Positions 1-9,321 of a DNA stretch of 20,931 nucleotides are shown one piece after another. Both the position numbers and the translations under genes were made by a program. The stretch is taken from contig JBDOQK010000084.1 of NCBI GenBank assembly GCA_040437565.1, positions 62,001 through 82,931 on the forward strand, read 5' to 3'. The notes below the pieces were generated by a model, which did no database searches, was not told the origin of the DNA, and saw nothing but the letters and a program-made list of their open reading frames with translations. Positions within the stretch are counted from its first letter, which is position 1. Each line of letters opens with the position of its first letter. This DNA is from Albugo candida (lineage: Eukaryota).

Positions 1-2716
1 ACCCTCGGTAATTCTCAAGTCGTGTGTTAGCGATAGCATTTGCTCAAGGCTTACATATAATGCGCACCGAGCACAGCTTGAACGGCCAAGTGAGCTTCTG
101 TAATCAACATTATAAACATTAGGTGCAGAGAAGAGTGAGAAATAGTCCTGGTGTTTTGGAAGAATAATATAGCAGTGCATTTTATGATGATTACTCCATC
201 CGACATGCTGGAAGAATTTTTCGAGTACGTTATAGTGAAGGTAGAGCTTCTGAACATCCTCCTTTTCATACATAACATACCTCGTTCTAGATACATGAAG
301 TAGTTCAGATTTGATGTCTCACGTGACCTTGATAATGCGTTTTATAGTATAGCGTTGCCTAATCAGCGTTTCGATGTTGCCTCTTAGGCAACATATCGTG
401 AGATGTTTAAGTGAGCTGAACATAGTGTCAAAAAGAGGGATCAGTGTCCACATATATTCTATGAGAAATGAGATCAAGGGAAAGGTGGGTGTTCGCAGCT
501 ATGTTAAACCCGTTATATACTAATTTGTTCAGTTGAATCATGTCTTTAGCTAAATCATAAGAATCTCTGTGTGTCCAACCAGGACTAAATGTTTACTGTA
601 TACCTAAAATAATGCCACTGAAAAACAGTCATTCTTCAAACACAGAGTGATATATCTTTCTAGTTAGAAGGAAACATGAGTATTATCATAAGCATAAAAT
701 CGTTCTCGATCAATATTTATGAAGGTTATAGCCAATGTAGGAGCCATCTCGTGATAAAAGAATTTATCAAGATTTCAACGCACAACCTTTTTCTTATAAC
801 GGGGCTGGGATATAAATTCGGTCACTCAGCTCCGTTTTTGAACCAAATATTTACTTGCCGTATGGCTGTGACGAAATAGTGGAGAAAATAGGTAAATCTC
901 TTTATAGTCTTTGTCCTAGTAATGAACGACAATATCTATGTTTTACACGGTAATGCAACTCGTTTAAAACTCCCTACTTCTATCACTTGATTCAATTCTT
1001 CAGAATGCAGATTGATGGACGTGTCTTGTCACCCACGAAAAAATTGTAATCAGTCTTTGAGATAGATAGCCACACATGACTACCGAACCAGACCGTTGTA
1101 CATTTAGATTAATGGCTTCAAGACGTGTTCAATACGTATAGATCATTTCGATACATCTGATTAAACAACGACTGGATAACATAAACGTACTTGTGAAACA
1201 ACCAATATTCAGGCATTCTAAGGCGTTCTGATACACATCACATTGGAAACGGCTTGACAGCCTTGATTTTGCTCACATCTAAAGCTCATCTTTTAATTTA
1301 TGACTTACAAAATATCCATAAGTTTTGAATGGTATTTGGAAACCTCGTTGCGCATATGATAGCGATTGGAGTGCTTAGGTATTGCGGCAACTTGTCCCTT
1401 ATTGAAACTAGTTTAACCTACCGAACACGTTATGGAACAACGATCAGTAGTCGCTTACTTTTTTTTAATCTAGGCCCACGTGGTCGTATGCTCATTTTAA
1501 ATTCGGGCGGTTGATAAGAGAATGCAATAACACGGTCAAGTTTTTAATTCAATAATGCCTAAAAGCAGGCATATACATGATAAGAATTGATATGATTTCG
1601 TATCTTTGTTCTTCACCGTAAGGCAACACACTTCTCTAGTGTGGTATCAAGAACGTTGCATACATCACAAGACGTCCATCACTAGAAGCTTAACACGGCT
1701 ACAAAAACGTCCACAGCATGATTCAAAAATACGTATGAGCCTCGCATTTCTCAGGATATAGAAAATAATGAGCTGCGCGTGATTGATTTCCATTCGCTAT
1801 GGAATCTGTTTTTTATGGCAATGCGATGTCTGACGCGCTAAAAGGGTATCCAGCACCACTTAACGTCTGCATTTCACATCATGCAACTCGTTGACTGGAG
1901 AGTTGCGATTTCAGAGGTCGTCTTCTATCCGCTAGATACACTAATCGATCCAGGAGTCTTTGGCTCCGAACTATCGAAGAGTTTTTTTGTTTAAGAAGAT
2001 CAAAAGCACTGGCGATAATCCAACGGGCTTACCATGTTGAACAATAGTCCACTTGTTACTACAGCAAACACTGATCTCATTGTGAGAGATATTTCTATAG
2101 AATTTTGTTGATTACAACCCAGTAATTATGTTGCGATATACAATGAGGAGGAAGGTTTCTAAGTTTGGATATTGTATTCGAGCTTACTACGCATACTTTT
2201 TTGCTCAAATTGCTTTTGTATCGAAGCTGTAACAACTGACCACCATTGCAACGATTGTTATCTCGAATTCTCATTGATGAATGGATACAATCTTTGTAGG
2301 ACATATCACGTCGCACGTTGAACTTAGGCACTCGCATGTCTTATCGTTTGGGTGCTGTGAAAAAGTTAAATTATATACGAGAAATTGAATGAACTAGCAC
2401 ACGATGCAAGAAGACAAATGGTTGCTTGTTTGCAACAAAGTAAACTGGCTGCGATTTCTCGATTTTATTCAGAGCCTCTACAACGAATGAGTAGCCTGCC
2501 ACATCAAGGCTATCGATTTGAATAAGTATGTTTTTTGTGTAAGTTTGACTTTCGCTCTAGCCCGCATCTTTTGCACTAGCAAAAACCAAGGTTCTTTATT
2601 TTAGAGCTCTCAACTGAAAGTTTTTTTAGAAAGCGATAATAAAACGTGCAGCAGCTTCTCACAGCTCTGCTCAAGGTGGCATCTATTGAAATAATTAGCA
2701 CGATATCCAGCGTACT

Positions 2717-3155
2717 AGAACTGATGTAGAATTCTTTTCTAGGAATAAGGAAGTATCGGACTTGCGTTAAAAGTCTGGGTGTTAGTCCAACCACAATACG
2801 GCATCATTGATAGACTTATTCATAGGGCGGTGTCGTATATGTTACAGCGGTATGATTTTCTGCCTGCTCGAAATAATCGCCACCATATGCTCTGTCATTA
2901 TAGAATTAGGAAGGTAGAATAAAATTATCTGACCAAAACTGCATCATAAAGTCGGCGCTATACCCGTTCATACCGAAATCAATAACGCTAAGAAATTGTA
3001 CGCTCAACTCATGTCTACTGACTGAATCTGGTCAACAGGAACCAAAGCAAACTTTACAAACTCGACTTTTAAAATGCATTATCTTCGAACATGTCAGGTC
3101 GTCAGAGGGAGAAAGGTATATGAACAGAGAACGATGTAGAATTCTTAATCTAGGA
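2717..3155. repeat. Pair of imperfect 28-bp direct repeats (2717-2744 and 3128-3155)
   Basis: AGAACTGATGTAGAATTCTTTTCTAGGA versus AGAACGATGTAGAATTCTTAATCTAGGA; 14-bp exact core plus matching flanks, about 410 bp apart. Confidence 0.6.
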
Positions 3156-6100
3156 TTCTAGATAGTTGTTTTTCTACAATAAAATACAAAAAGAAGAACA
3201 CCTGATTGAATTAAAAGCCATTTAGTACATTTACCAGGAGAAGAGCAGATAAGCAGAAAAGTTTGCGATACTTTTTTGCTTGTGAGAATGGTCGGACACT
3301 GCCGCGCACACTGGAATTTGGGTATTCATGAACCGGTTTTGATCTGATGCACGCTGTTCCGAGAGTCAGACACTACTAATGTATAGTTACGAATTGAATG
3401 TATAACACCATTTAGAATAGCAAGATGACAAAATGTAAATCAAGACGCAATTTGGAAAACGCTTCTTCGACGGCCTACTCACCGAGTTTGCCAGCGTGTA
3501 GTGAAAGACACTCAGTACACATATTTTTTTAGTGTTAAAAAGCGTGCGTTTTGAACATGGGTTCCAAGCACTTGCAATATGATGTGAGTTCCCCGGATTT
3601 GTAGACTCCTCACAATGCAACTTTATCACGACAGTTGCTGCTTCAGGTTGCCTTCTAGTCTTTTTTTAAGAAGGGTATAAGTGAGGATATATACGAGACG
3701 AGTGGCTTCGACGTTTCACTACTAACATGAATGCACCTGCTGCTATAGTAATACATATAAGCGTTGTGTTACGTCCGTTTTTGTTGCAAGTCCGTCGTTG
3801 AAATGCCAGCTGTAGAAGACAGAAGGTCAGGCTTGTATGGATTTAGAATTACACAATTTGACAATTGATAAATTATAGACATAAAGTAGGAAAATTCACA
3901 GCATGAAGAACTCTTCTGCTTTTTCACTAGTGCGCGAGAACATCGATACTTCCATGCTGGTAGGAGTCTCGTTCCGCTGGGCTCTTTCTTTATGTGCAAT
4001 ATATATGCATACGCGAAACACTACAATTTCCACGAAACCATTCGCATGCAAAAATTTCAGCTACTCAAAGTCTGTGATACGAGCCTACCACAGAAAATCC
4101 AATTAAATGATGCAAATTTGCACATACTTACCTATCAACACGACAAAACATACGATCAAGTGGATCACGATCCAGGCGGGATAAATTTTGTATCCATGCA
4201 GACATAAAAGTTTTCATCTTCTTTGTAAGCGTTGGTTTTGTTCTTCTTGATCATCCAAGAAGATAGCAATATTAGGCGGCTTTTGAACTCACTCTATTTT
4301 TAGGAATCGTGCTTAATGGCTTGGTCGTCAATTGCAGCTCAATATCTCTTGCTATTGTTAGTGTTTTAGGAGCCATCGAATTTCGGATCTCGAGATGGAT
4401 CAATTCAACTAGTTTTTTCGAACGCAGAAAGAGAGTTGACCACCGCAAATCTACTATGAAGGGCTCTGGAGAAGTTTACGAAGCGCTTACTCATCATGAT
4501 GCCCTCCCTGAGAAACCTTCCATTGTTTAATCGGAAAGATGACATGATTGCTACAACGTCAAATGATGCTCATCCCCAATCGTTTGGCTAAATACACATT
4601 AGTAAACATCAGTGTCCCAAAAGAATGCTTTTATCCTGCTTTTAACAACACTGCTAAGACTTCTGTACCTATTCATTCAATGTTTCATTAGATTTCTAGC
4701 TTTTCCACATGATTTGAACGTACCGATACAAACAAATGATGCATGGCATTTCACATAAATGGACGGCTCATTTCAAAAATTGAAGTAAGATGCAAACGAC
4801 TCAGCTTAATTATCGATTCGCTGAAAACCTAGGCCACGGAGCTTTCGGAACGACAATGTGACGTCTGATTCGAAACCTTCATTGGGAGTTAACTATTTGG
4901 TTCAGCTTAACGTCTAACAGAGTATGGAAAAAAAATACCTTTGCTGTGCATGTACTCTGTTGTAGCACTTGCTCGCTCAACAGCGTATCTGCTTATTATA
5001 TTGGCACAAGTGCGTTGCAAGAAAAATTTTCTTCTTCTTTTTTAGCTGACTAAATTGGTCCTTTCGTACTCCAAATAAAACCGTTCTTTAGTTGAGCCAC
5101 CACAATTCGAATGAGGAAGAACCTCGATTCGAGAATAGTGGAAATCTATCAGAAAGTTCTTAAGTTTCTGAGAACTTGACTTCGTTACCATTTCATAAAT
5201 CATTCCTTCGCTATCTAGAGCGCAGTAACGTTTTCGAGTCCTAGTGAGAAAATTTTAGTTGTTTCCGTCTCCAGCAAGGCACCGATATCTTTGGGAGATT
5301 CTCTACTTATCATTTCCGTCCGCGTACTAAGCAGATTGCAGAGCAGCTCGAAATTGGTTTGATAGATCCTCTAATTCAGCTAGAACTTGGTTACCGTGCG
5401 GGACACCTCTCACCATCAACTCCTAACTTCTTGAAGCCACATTGAGAATTTTCAATTTTTATGCCGCCTATACTTCTATCGTGACAATAATCTGTTTGTC
5501 AGTCAAGCATGATTAGTGTAGCTTAATGCCAAAATAAATACAATGTATTTCTTGGTTATTTTCTTTTTCGCATTCAACTTCCAATTCTGATTCCACCCCT
5601 TCACTACCACTGCAATAGCACCACCCAAAACACGTGTACAGAAGCTCAAACTGGCCAGAACATCAAAAAGTTCGAAGTGAGGCTGTCAGAGCGATATTGG
5701 AAACTAACAATTCTAAGAAACAATTTCCCAAGCTCCCGATTTTAGTTAGTCAATTTTGGCCTACTGATGTGGAGGTGAACGAAGATTCGCAGCTTGAGGT
5801 CGAAGAGGTTGAGGTTTTCACTTATAATAAGGCAAACTTTGCAGCACTGAAAAATACACTCTGTTTCAAGCCGTCTTGGTACATTAGGAACTCGAGCCTT
5901 ACTCTTCGACAAAAACGTGCAATAAACCGCAATACTGCACTTGTTTCTCGCCCACCCGAGACGTACTTTTAAGTTATGAATCAAGATGCACAAGAAGTAC
6001 CATACAATGAAAACGAAAGCAGGGAAACGGATGACGAGGATGAGAATGATAACGAAATTGATGACAAGGGGGAAAGACACCTTGCCGTTGCAATGCTAAA

Positions 6101-6196
6101 AGCTTCTCGGCAGGCCAAATAGACACCGAACAAAGCTCAACGTGCACGATTGACTGCAATCGCGTCTTATTCCGTCTTCTCTCAAAGTACTATGCT

Positions 6197-6252
6197 GTAA
6201 GTTGAGGCTGTTATTGAGTGTATTTTTTGTATGAACTTATCGTTATTTTGAG
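6197..6252 (+). other. Intron 1 of the transposase pseudogene (56 nt)
   Basis: Donor GTAAGT at 6197, T-rich body, TTTTGAG acceptor ending 6252. Removal joins ...RLLSKYYA|DASFLWKLKAS in phase 0 into the frame of ORF 6331..6675. Confidence 0.6.
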
Positions 6253-7256
6253 GATGCTTCATTTCTTTGGAAGCTTAAAGCCTCAGTAGCTATTTCCCTG
6301 GCAGTCGGGAAAGGATCATGAATTCGTCGATTGCTTCTCACTCGGGGAACCATGTATCTCGCCAATGGTCATATTCCGATTTGCAAGAAAGGCCACTTTT
6401 TCAAGTCACGCAGCTTCTTGATAGATGAAGAAATTCTTGCCAGAGTTCGATTGTATCTCCGTCAGAACAAATGCAAAATTGACCCCGCTAAATTCACCGA
6501 TCATGTCAATCATCACATTCTTCCCAATTCAGGAAGCATCAAAGTGATTTTTGTTATGACCGCAATCGGATGGATGCAGAGACTGGGACTACAGTATTCT
6601 GATGTTCGCAAAGGAATTTTCGTCGATGGTCATGAATGCCTCGATATTCTTGAATACTGTACTATCTTCCTGTAGCGCATGGGAGATCTTGAAGTGCGGA
6701 TGCCAATATTCCCGGGAAAAGATATGAATATTGAAACCTGGCCAGTGGGAGCGTCGATCATTCTGGTAACACACGATGAAAGCACCTTTGAAGCACACGA
6801 TGGTCAGAAGAATCTATGCATGCAGGATGGGCAGCAACCACTTCGAAAAGAAGAAATAGGAAGATCGATCCATTTCAGGAAATCTTGTCTGATGTTGGGG
6901 TCGCTTATCACTTAGTGATTTATAGCATCTCGAACATCCCAGCATCCCAAAAGAAGCGTGTGGTACAATGCACCCTGGCAAGAATCATGATGGATGTTGT
7001 GCTGGCGAAGATCTTTTCAAAAAAGTGAGGGATCGTGCAATTTCAATCTTTGAAGCATAGTACCCCACATCCAAAGCCCTCTTCGCATTTGACAATGCTA
7101 CAAGTCATGCTGCATCTGCTGCTGATGCACTTTTCGGGAAAAGAATGAATTTGGGATCAGGTGGAAAAGAACCCAAGATGCGCAATAGAAGAATAAAAGA
7201 TAGCACAGTCCAGCCAATGTGCTTTCCTGACACTCATCCTGGTGTTACTCTTCGAG

Positions 7257-7330
7257 ATGATAGAGCTACTAAGTTGAAATGCTATACATTTGAATTTGCA
7301 TCATGTTTTTAACCCTTCTATCTCCTTCAG
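7257..7330 (+). other. Intron 2 of the transposase pseudogene (74 nt, donor apparently mutated GT>AT)
   Basis: Strong pyrimidine tract and acceptor CCCTTCTATCTCCTTCAG ending 7330. Removing 7257-7330 gives ...VTLR-G|GT-LPKGLKVVL in frame. The first two bases read AT rather than GT. Confidence 0.65.
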
Positions 7331-8667
7331 GTTTGCCAAAGGGATTGAAGGTGGTTTTAACTGAGAAGGGCTTGTCGAAAGATGGAATGTGCCTCCATAG
7401 CAAATACAAGTGCCGTGGCTCAACAATGTGATGAGCAAGAAGTACAATTGACTCGAACATGACTTCATGGAGGGGATATGCATGTTGGAAGAACTCGTCG
7501 TTGCTGCTGGACACATGGTACTATTTTATCCAGCCTTTCACTGTGAGATGAACTTTATTATGAGCTTCTGGGGTGCTGCCAAAGTTAAAGCTCGTAAAAA
7601 CTGTGACTACAGCTGGAAAAGCCTGGTTAGCAAAGTTCCTAAGGCTCTAGAATCTGTCCCCCTCACAACCATTCACGCCATGCATAGAAATGTTTGCGAT
7701 ACATTGATGTATATCGGAAGGATTTGACGGGGAAGGCTGCTGAATATGCCGTGAAGAAATACCGATCCCACCGTCGAGTATTCAACTCTATCATGATGGA
7801 CATCAACGTGGCTGGTGTAACTGATGAATGAAATGTACATATGATCGTTGAATGTTTTTGTAAAGAAATAGCAACGAGTGTCGACTGTTTTAACAGGAGG
7901 AAAGTGATTAGAGAGGTTGAGTCATTTGATTGGCCATGGTATTTTTGGATTTCTTTTTGGGCTGGTCAAAATTTTGCTGCCCAATCCAAGCTACTTGAAA
8001 TTTTTGGGTTTTAGAAGTCCCATATCCGCAAGAAATAAAATGAACATAAATCTGAGTCTGTCGTATTCAGGCTTATTTTCTTTAGTCCCTGTGACAGAGC
8101 CAGATTTTGATCAAGATAAATCCTACCGGCTGTGATACACCCCGAACGACCCCTTAAAATGTATATGGTTATAGATGTACCGTTCTATAAGAGACACAAA
8201 AGCTATCAAGCTATCAAGCGATGAGGCTTCCAAACGCTCAAATGAGAACAAGAATGCCTTTAGATAGCTGGCTATAGGTGCGTACGCGAATTTGCCGATT
8301 GCAAGTGGAGAATTTGGTAATATGATGTAATCCATTACATATTTACCAATGGATTGTGACTTTCTAAACGAAGGACGGCATGTTAATGCGGTATACCATA
8401 TTTTAGGCAGCAAGCTCACGCCAGATATTGCTTTTTTGGCAGCGACCAGGAATGCTTGTGCTAAGTGGCTAATAAATCGGGAAGCACTGGCAACAAGCTC
8501 AATCTTAGCGAAAAAAGCAAGATTTTCCTTGCAGGTAAAGTATTCGGTCTGAATCCATCTGATATATGCTTTCTAGGCTTTGATTGTATGTCCAGTGGAA
8601 ACTGAACGTCTTGCTCTGGAATAGTATTAGCGTCAATGGAGTGTTTATGACTCTTATGATAGATTTG

Positions 8668-9290
8668 TCACAAGCGCCAAAGAACGTCCTCTACGATTTC
8701 GCTAACGATAGCATTGACGATGACGGAGCAAATTTGGACAAATAGGGGGGGGCTATGTTTGCTCAGAAGTTTCTTGCATATTAAATTTGCACAGTAAGCT
8801 TTCAAATTGTCCAACGAAGATAGCTTCTCTAGGTGGACAATGACAAATTGCTTGCATTGCGAATAAATCGGTATTCGATCCACAAGATCCACAAGAGCGG
8901 TACGGAAGATTCGATAGCTTTCAAACAGATCTCCTTTGTCAACCCCTCGAGAACAGTTCCTTTGGTAAACTCACGGATTTTCCGATTGTTGAAGGCCCAT
9001 TTCGATGTCATCATCCTCCGGTGCACGGCTGAAAAACATTCATTGACGAAAAGATTTTGATTATCGAAGCTCTTCTAGTTTTTTTGCCTCACTCTGTGGG
9101 TTTACCTAAAATCTTGTTGCAAAATTCCATCCTCCCTTTCATGAAAAAAATTCTCTTCTTCAGACTTCGAGGCTTCGCTAAAGAGGCTGTCGACAACTGG
9201 AGTCATGACGCTAAAGACTTTGTCAGCATCTTCTGGAGGTTGCGCGTTCAAGCAAATAAGACTAAATATTATTGCTAGAGCTCGAAGCAT
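8668..9290 (-). CDS. Putative secreted protein, 3 exons (9290-9106, 9028-8975, 8917-8668), 162 aa; acidic N-terminal half, Cys-containing helical C-terminal half
   Basis: Signal-peptide-like start MLRALAIIFSLICLNA. Intron 1 GTAAAC...TTTTTCAG (77 nt) and intron 2 GTGAGT...TTGAC...GAAAG (57 nt) each remove an in-frame stop. Exons sum to 489 nt and join ORF 9102..9290 to ORF 8668..8892 (…QQDFS|RAPEDDDIEMGLQQSENP|YRIFRTALVDLVDRIPIYSQCKQFV…). The second acceptor (AAG) is weak and the 3' end may be a premature stop. Confidence 0.65.
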
Positions 9291-9310
9291 CTATGCACTA
9301 GACGGTGATT

Positions 9311-9321
9311 ATGCGAATGAC
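9311..9321 (-). promoter_or_regulatory. Possible oomycete initiator (Inr)-like element of the secreted-protein gene
   Basis: Minus strand GTCATTCGCAT about 20-30 nt upstream of ATG 9290; partial match to the oomycete Inr core YCAYTYY. Short motif that could be chance. Confidence 0.25.

Larger units (their letters stand above)
5615..7831 (+). pseudogene. Decayed IS630/Tc1/mariner-superfamily DDE transposase (fungal/oomycete type with a long insert between the second D and the E), two introns
   Basis: Stitching frames gives (M>I, ATA at 5615)APPKTRVQKLKLAR...acidic linker...KLKASVAISLAVGKGS*IRR...WMQRLGLQYSDVRKGIFVDGHE...LVTHDESTF (D1, GAT 6775)...GRSIH...ALFAFDNATSH (D2, GAC 7091)...MNLGSGGKEPKMR...GLPKGLKVVLTEKGL...AGHMVLFYPAFHCEMNFIMSFWGAAK (usual NFIE glutamate replaced by M)...NCDYS...AAEYAVKKYRSHRR, ending TGA 7829-7831. 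Several in-frame stops and frameshifts. Confidence 0.9.
5580..8024 (+). mobile_element. Degenerate DNA transposon carrying the transposase pseudogene; boundaries approximate
   Basis: Transposase relic followed by about 190 bp of T-run-rich non-coding sequence ending ...GAAGTCCCA|TA (8023-8024), compatible with a TA target site. No matching left inverted repeat was found, so both ends are estimates. Confidence 0.6.

Noticed and set aside
376..392. RFX X-box (GTTGCC...GGCAAC)
   Set aside because: The 5-nt spacer exceeds the X-box consensus and RFX regulation is not established for oomycetes.
1640..3070. Scattered minus-strand CxxC motifs (SCDVC, SCIVC, VCKVC) suggesting more CCG relics
   Set aside because: Dozens of CxxC are expected by chance across six frames of 21 kb; no signal peptide or CHxC start accompanies them.
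5460..5615. Left terminal inverted repeat of the transposon
   Set aside because: The reverse complement of the presumed right end (TGGGACTTCTAAAACCC...) has no recognisable match here or elsewhere in the window.
5742..7516. Minus-strand ORFs over the transposase, including a hydrophobic 112-aa ORF
   Set aside because: Shadow frames; the hydrophobic run is the antisense of the acidic GAT/GAA-rich linker.
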